This document shows, one piece after another, positions 28,450 to 38,661 of a stretch of 64,000 nucleotides of DNA. Source of the DNA: a virus; IMG/VR virus record IMGVR_UViG_3300049893_000773, positions 23,663 through 87,662 of that record; one strand, given 5' to 3'. Each line of letters starts with the position of its first letter. The stretch's first letter is position 1. The position numbers and the translations under genes are program-made. Under the pieces are notes generated by a model. It was not told the origin of the DNA and ran no database searches. It worked only from the letters and a program-made list of their open reading frames with translations.

Positions 28450-28998
28450 TCAAAGCTTCCCGATGTAGTCGAGCCCCATGTAGCCAAGCTCGAATCCACG
28501 GATTTCCCCGGTTTTCATCTTCATTCTGAAGTCCCTGAGCGGCATCTTGAGAATGGTAACGAATTCATTGGGGTCAAGCTTCTGACGATCCAGCTTCTTG
28601 GCATTGATCACCAGGACGCAGTGACGCCAGCCAGTGGAGTATGGGGAGTATGGGAGCTTTCCAAGATACGTGGCATCTCCAACGTACCCTGTCTCCTCCC
28701 TTAGCTCTCGGACGCCGCCCTCAAGTGGATTCTCCCCAACGTCCAATCCCCCACCTGGGAGTTCCAACTCCATGCGTTCCTGACCCGGACGGAACTGTTG
28801 CACAAGGACAACATCGGCTTCGATCCCAGGCTCAGGCTTGGTGATGCACAGGACTTGGACCGAATCCTTGCCAACGTCCACAAAGAAGGTTTCCTCCAGC
28901 CCATTTGGAAGCTGGAAGGTCTTTACGGCGATCCTCTTGTGGAAGCCATCAGGGTGCACCAGCTTCAGAACTTTCTGTAGGAGCTTTTGGAACGGCAT
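28450..28998 (-). CDS. Nudix hydrolase (ADP-ribose pyrophosphatase-like)
   Basis: LVQQFRP, ELPGG and GENPLEGGVRELREETGY Nudix box. Confidence 0.9.
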   Translation of the reverse strand: MPFQKLLQKVLKLVHPDGFHKRIAVKTFQLPNGLEETFFVDVGKDSVQVLCITKPEPGIEADVVLVQQFRPGQERMELELPGGGLDVGENPLEGGVRELREETGYVGDATYLGKLPYSPYSTGWRHCVLVINAKKLDRQKLDPNEFVTILKMPLRDFRMKMKTGEIRGFELGYMGLDYIGKL

Positions 28999-29100
28999 TT
29001 GTTTGCTGTTAAATAGGTCAAACCACCATCTTGGTACGGCATAATTGCCTTACAGTCTTCGCAACCTATTCCTCAAATACACGTCCCGATAGTCATGATC

Positions 29101-29781
29101 CTACTGAACCTTGCCGGAACGAACAGCGTTGGCAACCTTCTGAACGAAGCCGCCGAGTGACTGGTTGAAGGCTGCAAGCATGTTCAGGTCTTGCTTGCGC
29201 TGCATTGCCTTGACGAGAGCCTTGAGGGATTCCAAAAGTTGGTCGGCCTCCTTCACAGCTTGATCAAGCTTGACGGAATTCCTGATTTCAATGTCGCCAC
29301 GGTCATATTCCTTCAATGCCTTGGCAACGCTTTCCTGGATGAGTTTGACGAGATCGGACTTCTTCATTTTTTGCTCCTGCATTCCTTTGTAAACTAGGTG
29401 CCATGTCGGGACTTTCAGTCCAAAGCCACTGGCAACATTCACTCTTCCCCTGCCATCCCCAATTTGAGTCATTTCTGGCGTTGTGATGACCACAATTGGA
29501 GGGATCTTGCCTGCTTTGAGCCACTTAGCAGCCATCACACCCCATTTGGGCCCACGAAACTGACCAAGCTCCGCAACCTTCTCCTCGTCGGACATTCCCT
29601 GGAAGGTGTCGGGGCGCAAGTCAAGCCAAGCATCCACGTCGTCGTACTGGCGAAGGTCATCAACTGAGAGGTCTCCCAGGAATTCCAAGTTGAAGTCTTC
29701 CAGCGACAACGGCTCATTGCTGAAATCCGATGCGTGGTCAATGGCATCAAGAAGGTCTTTCTGGGAGGGCTTCTCGTCCAT
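29101..29781 (-). CDS. ParB/Srx-like domain plus C-terminal tagged module
   Basis: IPPIVV...IGDGRGRV; MKKSDLVKLIQESVAKALKE. Confidence 0.55.
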   Translation of the reverse strand: MDEKPSQKDLLDAIDHASDFSNEPLSLEDFNLEFLGDLSVDDLRQYDDVDAWLDLRPDTFQGMSDEEKVAELGQFRGPKWGVMAAKWLKAGKIPPIVVITTPEMTQIGDGRGRVNVASGFGLKVPTWHLVYKGMQEQKMKKSDLVKLIQESVAKALKEYDRGDIEIRNSVKLDQAVKEADQLLESLKALVKAMQRKQDLNMLAAFNQSLGGFVQKVANAVRSGKVQ

Positions 29782-29788
29782 GGCTTTC

Positions 29789-30055
29789 TCACAGTGGCCA
29801 AGGGAAACCAGTTTTGGCCTTGAAGTCAGCCGCAGCCATGTTCTTCAGGCGCATCTTCTCGATCACAGATTCGATCGTGGCATCAGGCTTCTCCACTTCC
29901 TCCTGGAATGCCTTTGAAGCCATTACCACATCCGTGAGAGCCTTGATTTGTTCAGGGGTACCCTTGAGCTTGATGGAGGACTTTCCGCCCTGTAGGACGG
30001 CTACCAAGGAAGCGAAAAACAGTTTCCCTGTGGCTGAGAGTTTGTAATCTGACAT
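29789..30055 (-). CDS. Hypothetical protein
   Basis: MSDYK...FPWPL, with an upstream GGGAAG; divergent from the tape measure gene. Confidence 0.6.
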   Translation of the reverse strand: MSDYKLSATGKLFFASLVAVLQGGKSSIKLKGTPEQIKALTDVVMASKAFQEEVEKPDATIESVIEKMRLKNMAAADFKAKTGFPWPL

Positions 30056-30106
30056 CGACTTCTTCCCGCGGTTAGCCGAAAACATCCGGCGAATTGGATA
30101 CGAGTC

Positions 30107-30112
30107 TAATTA
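30107..30112. promoter_or_regulatory. Palindromic TAATTA, possibly a bidirectional late promoter
   Basis: Sits between the divergent tape measure gene (+) and the 30055 gene cluster (-). Confidence 0.5.
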
Positions 30113-30127
30113 TTCCCGAAGTAGCAG

Positions 30128-33100
30128 ATGGCGAACAACCTTGACATTCAACTTCAGCTCAATGAACTGATCGCTGAGCAGAACAAGCTCTTGGAGAGCA
30201 GTTCCAAGCTGCTCAAGGACCAAGTGTCCTTGACCCAAAACCTTGTTTCTGCCATGAAGTCGGCTAATTTCAAGGATGTCGCCAGTGGTGTCGAGGAAAC
30301 AAGCAAGGCCGTTGAGGAGGCTGCTCAGAAATCGAAAGAATTCGGTTCCACGAACCAAGATGTCTTCGATAAGGTCAACTCCTCGTTGAAGGAGGCCCTG
30401 GCAAAGGAGACGGCTACAGGGAAGGGAATGGACTCCCTGACCAAGCAGGTCAAGCGTTTCTCCGTGGCTGCTTCGTCCATTGATGGATTCGTCCAGGGGT
30501 TGAGGTTCACCTCGAACCTGCTGAGGACGGCTACCAGCGCTGGAGTGGGTCTTGTTGAATCCCTGGGACAGATTGGCATTGCCATCTTGTCTATTCCTTT
30601 CAAGATGTTGAAGGGATTGGTGACCATGGCTGATGCCGGTGGTGCAGACACCGCCTTGGCTCAAGCCCTGGAAAACATCCGAAAGGAATTTGGCTCCCTC
30701 CGAGAAACCTCTGGTAAGGCCATTGTGGACATGGCCAAGAACATGAAGGGGCAGTTGGCTCAAACCGGGCTCTCTGTGACCAGGATCTTTGGCAACCTTG
30801 CAGAAAGGCTGGCGACCCTCCAGGAGTATGCCCATAACCTTGGCCCCCTCTTCTCCAATCTTGCCGGTCAATTCGTTGCTAATGCGGAAGCCATTGGAGC
30901 CTATTACAAAGGACTCGGGCTAACGGAGGAAGCGCAGAAAGCTGTTGCAACCCGCTCCTATGCTCTCGGAACAGCCGTAACCGAGGAGCTCAGGCAGATC
31001 ACCAACTACTCCACGCAACTCAGTAAGGCATTCAACGGCACCGCTGGATCGGCCAAGGAAATCTCCCGTGACATGGGCACCTTGATGGCTGACTTCAAGC
31101 ACTTTGGTGGTATTGCCATCAAGGAAATTGGTCAGGCCGTTGTGTACTTCCGCCGCTTGGGTGTTGAGGTTTCGAAGGTGATGGGAGTCATCGAGCGTTA
31201 CGACAACTTCACGGATGCCGCAGAGGGAGCCGCTCAGCTTTCCCAGGCATTTGGCTTGAACGTTGACGCCCTTGAGATGATGAAGGCTCAGAATCCTGCC
31301 GAAAGGGTCGAGCAGTTGAGGAAAGCATTCTTCCAGGCCGGTCGGTCGGTTGAGACGATGACCCGTCAGGAAAGGACCTTGCTGGCCCAGCAAACGGGCC
31401 TTGAGGATTCCGCTCTGGACCTTGTGTTCTCGATGAAGAACCAGGGGATGAGCTACGATCAGGTCACGAAGAAAGCAGACCTCGCCAAGAAGTCTCAGTT
31501 GACCCAGACACAGGCCATGAAGGCTCTGGCTGACTCCATTGAGAGGTTGGTGAAGTCGGGGTCCTTCGGCAGTGGTGGATTCTTTGATAGGTTCATCCAA
31601 GGCTTCTCTGTGGGTATCCAGCGGTCGGCAGAGTTCCGAAAGATTATGCGAGAACTCAGGATAGACCTGAGAACTGCGTACTATGAGGGAATCAAAGTCG
31701 GTCGGGCATTCGTGGACATGTTTCCGGGAGTGAAGGATGTCTTCACGGGCATTGCGGATCTTTTTGAGCCATCTCGCTTCCGAGCCATGTTTGCGAAGAT
31801 CACGGATACCTTCAAGGTCTTCTTCAAGGACATGACCGACAACCCGCAAACGGCTTTGCCTAAGATGCTGGAGCGGCTCAAGAAAGACTTCTTCGAGTGG
31901 TTTCAAGGCAATTCCGCAAACGGTCAAAAGATCATTGATGGATTCAAGAAGTTCTTCGTTGCCCTCTCGAACATCGCCGGTAGCATGTTGAAGGTGGCTA
32001 TGACCACCCTCACTAGTGGCATCAGGGGGCTCACTGAAATCATCTCTGGACGAAGAGGACTTGGCGGGGCTGCTGGGGCCGCAAGGAATGCCCAGGGCTT
32101 CGTGTCCCAACTCATTGGTCCAATCGTGGATGCTATTGTCGAGGCAGGACCTTCTCTCTGGGAAGCCACAAAGAGGATGTTCTCGACGCTTTGGGCCAAG
32201 GCAGAACCCTGGGTGAAGGCAAACTTCATGAAGGTGGCTGGTGTCTTGGCCGCACCGGCATTCGTGGGTATGGTGGGACGTGCTATCTCCACCAGCATTG
32301 CCGGGGCTTTCGCCTCTGGTCTTGTTAACTGGCTCCAAGGTGGTGGTGTGTCCAAAGCCCTCGGGTCCGTGAAAGGGATGTTCGCCTCACAGGTTCAAAC
32401 AGCCTCGGAAGCGATGTCGAAGCTCCCAATCCCAACAACTCCAGCAGGTGGTGGAGCCGCTGGGGTTGTCAAGGGTGCTGAACAGGCTGCTACTGCTGCT
32501 ACAACCTCAAAGGTAAACTGGGGTGCTGCTCTGGTGAAAATGGCAGCTATCACCCTGTTCATCACCGTTGGTATGGCGGGAATTATGTATGCCATCTTCC
32601 GCTTTGCCAAGGCCATGCAGGAGAATAGGTTGACCACTCAATCCGTTGCCGCCTCGGCTGGCGCAATGGTCGCCACGGCAACCTCCATGTTGGCAATTGC
32701 TGGGGCTGTGAAGCTCCTCAGCGCCATCAACCTCAACGCAGGGATGGTTGGTAAGATCGTCATTGGTGTTGGCATGATTGGCGTCGTAGGGGCGGCAATG
32801 GCCTATGCCACTGTGGGGTTGATCAAACTCTTTGGCAACATTGAAACCTCGAAAATCACCAAGAGCGTCTTGGTAATGGGGGCCATGGGCACCTTCTTCT
32901 TGGCGGCTGGTGCTGTAACTGCAATTGCCGGTGTTGTTGGTCTTGCTGCGACGGCTGGTGGTGGTATTGGAGCCTTGGTGATTGCCGCAGGTATGGCAAC
33001 CATCGCTGCGACAATTGGAATCATGACGACCCAGGGCATGGCCATCATGCGGGCAATTGATGCTTTCCGTCCTGGTCCTGGATTTACCGACAAGGCTAAA

Positions 33101-34789
33101 ATCTTCGTTGAAGTTATGAAGGGTGTCGGTCAATTTGCTGGAAACGTGGCGCAGATGGTTTCTGCGACGACTCCAAGCTTCGTGGACTTCATTCGTGGAA
33201 CGGGTGGGGCTCAACAAAAGGAGAACTTGAAGCAAGTTGAGAACCTGATCAACGCCCTGGGTGGTCAGATTACCAAGATCATTGAGGCCATCCGAACGAA
33301 CGTTCAAGGTCTAACTGGCAGCGAACAAGAGGTCAAGGCGGCTCAGATCATCGGGGACCTCCTTGGAGGTATCTCTGGGCTGGCCAATGCTTTGAAGCCG
33401 CCATCGGAAACGCTCTCGGACCCTGGATTCCTGCAAGGTTTGGCTGGAGACACTGTTTCTCGTCGAATCACCTTGATGACCGATTACGTGAACGAGGTTG
33501 GAAACAAGCTGAGTCAGTTCGTGAGGACCGTGGTTGCGACAGTCACAACCAACCTCCCAACTGGGTTCTCTGACGCCCAGGCAAAGGCTGCGCAGGTCAT
33601 TCCTTCCATCCTTTCGGGTGTTGGGGACTTGGCTCAAGCTCTTCGTCCAAGCTCGGCTCTTCTGGCTGAAATGAACCGGGGTGCACAGTTCCACGGTGTT
33701 GTCCAGCACATGAGTGCGTTTATCAGCAATACCATGCGGGCAATCACGGGCAGCGATCTATTCGTCAAGATTGGTGACCTCCTAAAGTCCGTAGCCACAA
33801 GCGTGGGGGATTTGAACCCATCGCAAGCAAAGGCTTTGCAGGCTATCGCTCCAGCAATCGGTCCAATCTTCTCGACGATCGCGTCGATCGGTGGAATCAT
33901 CTCTGGTTTGGCTGGTGGTCGGGGAGCCGGTGGAGACACTGGTCCAGCCGCACGAGCCACACCTGCTGATGCCGGTACCATCTTCCAGATGACCAACTTG
34001 GTCAACACCTTCTTCACCCGAGTGAAGGATGACCTTCCAATCTTGGTCAACAACATGCGTCAAGCTTTCGCTGGAGTTTCCGTCAGGGAGGCTTCTAACC
34101 TCGCTCGTGGAATGCAGGCAATGCAGAGCTTGTTCCAGGTGGTTTCCTCTGTTCCCCAGTTGATTCAATCCTTTAGGGGTGCTGGTGGAGCGGGTGCGGG
34201 TGCTGGTGGAATCACATCGCTGGAGGACATTGGTCACACGATGAACCTGCTACTTGTTGCCTTGGCAGGAGGTGGTGGTAACCGGGGAGTTGTGTCGATC
34301 CTTCAGACCGTCGTTCCGCAAGTCAACGCCGTGACGAGCACGATTGGTGATCCAGCGGCATTCACAAACAAGATCAATGCCGTAAAGGCTTCTTTTGAGG
34401 CTCTTTCCCGTATTCCCGATATGATTCGCTCTCTTTCCGGGGTAACGAACATTGCCACGGTGACTGAGAACGTCACGGGTCAGATCGAGCGTGTGCAGTT
34501 CGCCAGGATTGCAAGCGTTGTGACGGACATGGTGTCCCACGTGAACCAGCTTTCGACCACGATTCGTGGAATCAGGCCAATTGAGATCGAGCAGGGACTT
34601 CAACGTCTTGGAGATAGCATTGGTCTTGGTTCGGAGGGCGAATACACAATTCAGAACCGCAACTTCACGGTAAACGTGAATGTGACGATCAAACTGGACA
34701 ACGACGGTTTGGACGCTCTGGAGCTCGGCATGCTTCGTCGCGTTGGTCCTCACCCAACCAGGATCACTCACGGCTCCCTTGAGAGGTAA
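30128..34789 (+). CDS. Tape measure protein
   Basis: 1553 aa, helical and Ala/Gly-rich, with a hydrophobic mid-region; lies downstream of the chaperone and upstream of baseplate genes. Confidence 0.85.
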   Translation: MANNLDIQLQLNELIAEQNKLLESSSKLLKDQVSLTQNLVSAMKSANFKDVASGVEETSKAVEEAAQKSKEFGSTNQDVFDKVNSSLKEALAKETATGKGMDSLTKQVKRFSVAASSIDGFVQGLRFTSNLLRTATSAGVGLVESLGQIGIAILSIPFKMLKGLVTMADAGGADTALAQALENIRKEFGSLRETSGKAIVDMAKNMKGQLAQTGLSVTRIFGNLAERLATLQEYAHNLGPLFSNLAGQFVANAEAIGAYYKGLGLTEEAQKAVATRSYALGTAVTEELRQITNYSTQLSKAFNGTAGSAKEISRDMGTLMADFKHFGGIAIKEIGQAVVYFRRLGVEVSKVMGVIERYDNFTDAAEGAAQLSQAFGLNVDALEMMKAQNPAERVEQLRKAFFQAGRSVETMTRQERTLLAQQTGLEDSALDLVFSMKNQGMSYDQVTKKADLAKKSQLTQTQAMKALADSIERLVKSGSFGSGGFFDRFIQGFSVGIQRSAEFRKIMRELRIDLRTAYYEGIKVGRAFVDMFPGVKDVFTGIADLFEPSRFRAMFAKITDTFKVFFKDMTDNPQTALPKMLERLKKDFFEWFQGNSANGQKIIDGFKKFFVALSNIAGSMLKVAMTTLTSGIRGLTEIISGRRGLGGAAGAARNAQGFVSQLIGPIVDAIVEAGPSLWEATKRMFSTLWAKAEPWVKANFMKVAGVLAAPAFVGMVGRAISTSIAGAFASGLVNWLQGGGVSKALGSVKGMFASQVQTASEAMSKLPIPTTPAGGGAAGVVKGAEQAATAATTSKVNWGAALVKMAAITLFITVGMAGIMYAIFRFAKAMQENRLTTQSVAASAGAMVATATSMLAIAGAVKLLSAINLNAGMVGKIVIGVGMIGVVGAAMAYATVGLIKLFGNIETSKITKSVLVMGAMGTFFLAAGAVTAIAGVVGLAATAGGGIGALVIAAGMATIAATIGIMTTQGMAIMRAIDAFRPGPGFTDKAKIFVEVMKGVGQFAGNVAQMVSATTPSFVDFIRGTGGAQQKENLKQVENLINALGGQITKIIEAIRTNVQGLTGSEQEVKAAQIIGDLLGGISGLANALKPPSETLSDPGFLQGLAGDTVSRRITLMTDYVNEVGNKLSQFVRTVVATVTTNLPTGFSDAQAKAAQVIPSILSGVGDLAQALRPSSALLAEMNRGAQFHGVVQHMSAFISNTMRAITGSDLFVKIGDLLKSVATSVGDLNPSQAKALQAIAPAIGPIFSTIASIGGIISGLAGGRGAGGDTGPAARATPADAGTIFQMTNLVNTFFTRVKDDLPILVNNMRQAFAGVSVREASNLARGMQAMQSLFQVVSSVPQLIQSFRGAGGAGAGAGGITSLEDIGHTMNLLLVALAGGGGNRGVVSILQTVVPQVNAVTSTIGDPAAFTNKINAVKASFEALSRIPDMIRSLSGVTNIATVTENVTGQIERVQFARIASVVTDMVSHVNQLSTTIRGIRPIEIEQGLQRLGDSIGLGSEGEYTIQNRNFTVNVNVTIKLDNDGLDALELGMLRRVGPHPTRITHGSLER

Positions 34790-34791
34790 TC

Positions 34792-34965
34792 ATGGATGAC
34801 GATTTCATGCAATCCAAGAAGTTCCAAGAACTTCTTGCGATGATCCCAGAAGAAGAGCGAGCGAAGGTGCTTGAAGGCTTGGTCAAGCTTCGAGAGGAAT
34901 TTGCTGAAAAAGTCTTGAAACCAATTGAATCCGCTGTTAATACGCAAAAAGCCAAGGGTGAATAG
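34792..34965 (+). CDS. Small hypothetical protein (57 aa, not in the ORF track)
   Basis: GAGG SD, ATG at 34792, MDDDFMQSKKFQELL...AKGE then TAG; fills the gap exactly. Confidence 0.6.
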   Translation: MDDDFMQSKKFQELLAMIPEEERAKVLEGLVKLREEFAEKVLKPIESAVNTQKAKGE

Positions 34966-34973
34966 TTACTGGC

Positions 34974-37900
34974 ATGTCCAGAACTTCACGCCGTCTTGGG
35001 GACCTGATCCAATCCTTGGAGAGCAACAGGATTGTTCCTTACCTGGAAAACTCCGGTCCAAACAACACCATTCAAATTGACAAGGACGACATCCGACCTG
35101 ACGTGCTTACCAGGATGGTGGAATATGGCGTTGCTGTAACTGTAGAGACGACCAACAATCCTCCCTTGAGTCCAACTCAAGGGAAGTTCGCCCTTCAGGA
35201 CGAGCTTGGCAACCCTACGGGTATCACGGACCCTGGGGTCAACGGGCAAGAATACTTCACCAAGAAGTTCCACGAGGGTGGAGTAGATGGCAAGTCTGCC
35301 GAGGCATCGTTTAGGGCCATTTCGAAAAGTGGCTTCTTGGATGTGGATGACGCCGCTGGTGGTAAATTTGAGATCAAGAAGGGCAAGACTTCTTCGACCG
35401 ATCCTTCTCCTGTTGACATCTTCAAGGAGATCAACGATAAAGGAGAAGATTCGTCCTTTGTCAAGCGAGTAAGACAGGCACAGGTTCAGAATAACCGTTT
35501 TACCATCGGCAAAACGTTGATTCCCCGTTCCGGTTTGGATGTAAACGACGGTTCCCCTGCCTCTGCCCCTGGCTCCAGGGGTTCCGGTGCCGTTTTTGAG
35601 GACGACAGCAACGTTGGAATTGGGTATGCCCAACAGGAATTTGGAAAGTACGGTCCAAGGAAGTTCCCTTCCACCCAGGGGGACACAGCGGTGCTGGTAA
35701 AGCTCCGAGACCTGAAGAAGATCGGCCTCCTTACCATGCTTCAAGCTTCTGGTGAGTATTACATCCCTACAGATCCAAACAACGTTGCTCAGGAGCTTGC
35801 TGCCAGAGGAGCTTCCACGGCTCCTGGATTGGCTCGTATTGGTCAAAAGATTGACATTAGCCGAGTCAGCCCTGTCAAGATCATGAAGGACGTGAACCCT
35901 GAGTTCACCAAACCTACACTGGACGACAATATCATCTTGGATACGGTCAAGTCCTATGGAAGTGTCAATAACTGGCTGGCACCCTTTGATGGACTCACCA
36001 GTACAGCCACCGTAGCTTCTGCTGCTCTCCTAGCTCTGACTGTAGGTGGTCTGATCAAGGGAGCGGCTGCAACGATCATCGCTATCCGCCGTCCAAAGGT
36101 TGAACCAAACCTGGGTGGTAACCCATCCATGAGTGATCGTCGGAAGCGAATGGGTTCTTTTTTGGGCAAAGCCACTGAGGTTGACATCTTCAGGAACACG
36201 GACTTTGAGATCGAGATTGCCCGTACGGCCCACGACTATTTCCTTTGCGTCTCCAAGGGAGTGGATATCTTCTTTGGACTTTCATCGGCTGGAGCGGCTA
36301 CGAGTAAGATCGCCAAGAACCATGGGTACTACAACACCATCCTGAGAACAATCGTCCGTTCAACAACTGATTTCTTCTTGGCTGCTGCTGGTGGAATGGT
36401 AAATACAGGCGAGGCTTCTCGTCCACGAAACGTGAACGATGCGAGCGTCCTTGGTAATCCACTTGGGACGATTGAGCTCATCCGAAAGCTCAACAGCTCT
36501 CTTTTGCTCAAATTCTGCAATATCCTCGCCACCATCGGGGATATTGCCATGAACCACGATGATGCCGGGTTCATTATCAATGAAAACGGCGAGGTCAACG
36601 AGTTCATCTCCGACATTGATCGAATCATTGTGGACGGGGAGATCGGTCCAAGGGGTGAAGGTGCGCTCAACCCGGCTGTGTTGCAGTCGGTTCATCGTCT
36701 CCCAGGGCTTTACAGGAATGCCTTGGCTTGGGGTTCGCAAACCGCCAAGTCGATGTACATGATTCCAAACAACATTTTCCGGGCCGAGGCTACTTTCCTT
36801 GGGGCATCCGACCAGTCGAACAACCCAACGGAAAAGCTAAGCGCTGCTCTGTCGAAGAACAACCTCAGCATCGTCAAGGGCCCTAGTGGATTGAACGGCA
36901 ACAGGATTCTGGCCGAGGACGTGAAAGCCTTGGAAGACTACCTGGAAGCCGACTACATGCCATTCTACTTCCATGATACCCGCACCAATGAGATCCTTTC
37001 TTTCCATGCCTTCATGGAAAGCATGAGCGATTCCTTTGAGCCGGAATACACCGACGTGGAAGGGTATGGACGAATTGGAAAGGCTGTGATCTACAAGAAC
37101 ACCCAAAGGAAGATTTCCTTGGAGTTCCGCGTTGTGGCAACCTCGGAAGAGGATTTTGACTCAATGTGGTACAAGATCAACCGGCTGATCGCAATGGTGT
37201 ATCCACAGTACACACAGGGTCGTCAAGTTGGAACCGCCAACAACAAGTTCATCCAGCCATTCTCTCAAATTCCAGGTGCATCGCCTTTGATCCGCTTGCG
37301 CTTGGGTGATGTTTGGAAGAGCAACTACAGCCGTTTCGGCGTTGCTCGACTCTTTGGTGTGGGTTCGAACCAGTTCAGCCTGCAAGGGCAGAACAGTACC
37401 GTAACCTACAATGCCGCCTTGCTTCGCAACCGAGAGCAGGTCACTGAACGCATGGCTCGTAGAGGAGAATACCAAGTAGGGGAGCACGCAATCCTCACTC
37501 CTCTGCCAACGCAGCAGACCCGTGGAGCCGGTCAACGGCTCCTTGGCTACCCTCGCTTCGGCAACCTCAGCGAATCGCCAGGACAACCCTTCCAGGCCCA
37601 GAGAACGGGTGTTGGTGGACGGTCTGGTGCCGGGGTGAATGCGTTTGTGTCTGTGACGAATTCCAGCACGGCTGGCGGACGCACCTTGACCCCACAAGCT
37701 TCCCCTGCTGGCCCTCCTTTGGTGATTGCACAGGAGCTCAAGGTTAGGATTGTGTCGGTAACCAACTCTCAAGCCGATCCTTCCTTGAAACTATACAAGT
37801 TCTCCGTGCCAAGTGGAGGACCTGGACAGGATGGTATCTACGGCTGCACTCAGCATGACCTCCGTCCAGATCCAGAGGAGATTGCTCGTGTTGCCTACAC

Positions 37901-38375
37901 CCAGTCAACACAAGACAGTTTGCCTGATACCAACACCAACAGCCAGGGAGTGGTTTCCAACTTCTTCAGTTCTGGTGGTGATAACGGGAACTCCATCATC
38001 AAGGCTTTCGAGAGCACAAAGGGTGAAGGACTTGCTGGCTTCATCAAAAACATGCGCATGGATTGGAGTGATGCCCGTTGGGAAACTGGCAGGCACAACG
38101 CCCGTGCTCCAATGATGGTGAAGATTTCGATGGACTTTGAGCCAATCCACGACATCAACCCAGGTTTGGATTCGGATGGTTTCATGACTGCTCCGGTCTA
38201 CAACGTTGGAAATACCATGAAGACTTGGGTCAATGGCATGCCAGAGGACAAGAACATGGCTGACCGAAAGGAAGCCACCATCAAGCGCATGCAAGTGCTT
38301 GCAACACCACGCTCTTCCAACGGAGTCGCCGTGGGTAATGGCATGAACACGGGAGGAGTGGGAAATAACAGATGA
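34974..38375 (+). CDS. Large baseplate / tube-initiator-like protein (gp48/gp54-type domain)
   Basis: MPFYFHD..SFHAF..SMSDSF..YGR...IYKNTQRKISLEF, SPLIRLRLGD and GFIKNMRMDW..WE motifs. Confidence 0.65.
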   Translation: MSRTSRRLGDLIQSLESNRIVPYLENSGPNNTIQIDKDDIRPDVLTRMVEYGVAVTVETTNNPPLSPTQGKFALQDELGNPTGITDPGVNGQEYFTKKFHEGGVDGKSAEASFRAISKSGFLDVDDAAGGKFEIKKGKTSSTDPSPVDIFKEINDKGEDSSFVKRVRQAQVQNNRFTIGKTLIPRSGLDVNDGSPASAPGSRGSGAVFEDDSNVGIGYAQQEFGKYGPRKFPSTQGDTAVLVKLRDLKKIGLLTMLQASGEYYIPTDPNNVAQELAARGASTAPGLARIGQKIDISRVSPVKIMKDVNPEFTKPTLDDNIILDTVKSYGSVNNWLAPFDGLTSTATVASAALLALTVGGLIKGAAATIIAIRRPKVEPNLGGNPSMSDRRKRMGSFLGKATEVDIFRNTDFEIEIARTAHDYFLCVSKGVDIFFGLSSAGAATSKIAKNHGYYNTILRTIVRSTTDFFLAAAGGMVNTGEASRPRNVNDASVLGNPLGTIELIRKLNSSLLLKFCNILATIGDIAMNHDDAGFIINENGEVNEFISDIDRIIVDGEIGPRGEGALNPAVLQSVHRLPGLYRNALAWGSQTAKSMYMIPNNIFRAEATFLGASDQSNNPTEKLSAALSKNNLSIVKGPSGLNGNRILAEDVKALEDYLEADYMPFYFHDTRTNEILSFHAFMESMSDSFEPEYTDVEGYGRIGKAVIYKNTQRKISLEFRVVATSEEDFDSMWYKINRLIAMVYPQYTQGRQVGTANNKFIQPFSQIPGASPLIRLRLGDVWKSNYSRFGVARLFGVGSNQFSLQGQNSTVTYNAALLRNREQVTERMARRGEYQVGEHAILTPLPTQQTRGAGQRLLGYPRFGNLSESPGQPFQAQRTGVGGRSGAGVNAFVSVTNSSTAGGRTLTPQASPAGPPLVIAQELKVRIVSVTNSQADPSLKLYKFSVPSGGPGQDGIYGCTQHDLRPDPEEIARVAYTQSTQDSLPDTNTNSQGVVSNFFSSGGDNGNSIIKAFESTKGEGLAGFIKNMRMDWSDARWETGRHNARAPMMVKISMDFEPIHDINPGLDSDGFMTAPVYNVGNTMKTWVNGMPEDKNMADRKEATIKRMQVLATPRSSNGVAVGNGMNTGGVGNNR

Positions 38376-38659
38376 AACGATATGGGAGAACACCAACCAT
38401 CGGGATTGGATACCGATATGGCACATCTTACGCCCTTCCTGTGATCCGAGAGAACGTTATCGCAGGCAACATCCGTTTTGAGCAAATCACGCTCCGTGAA
38501 AGCAACCGTTTGGACATCCTTGCGGGGCTCTACTACGGGGATGGACGCCTCTGGTGGGTGATTGCTGCTGCCTCGGATATTGGATGGGTTTTGCAGGTGC
38601 CAGTTGGCACAATCATCAAGATCCCGGACCTGTCTGATGTAAGCCGTTATGTAGGATAA
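38372..38659 (+). CDS. LysM-like baseplate protein (gp53 / tail X-like)
   Basis: RLDILAGLYYGDGRLWWVIAAAS...GTIIKIP. Confidence 0.8.
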   Translation: MKRYGRTPTIGIGYRYGTSYALPVIRENVIAGNIRFEQITLRESNRLDILAGLYYGDGRLWWVIAAASDIGWVLQVPVGTIIKIPDLSDVSRYVG

Positions 38660-38661
38660 CC

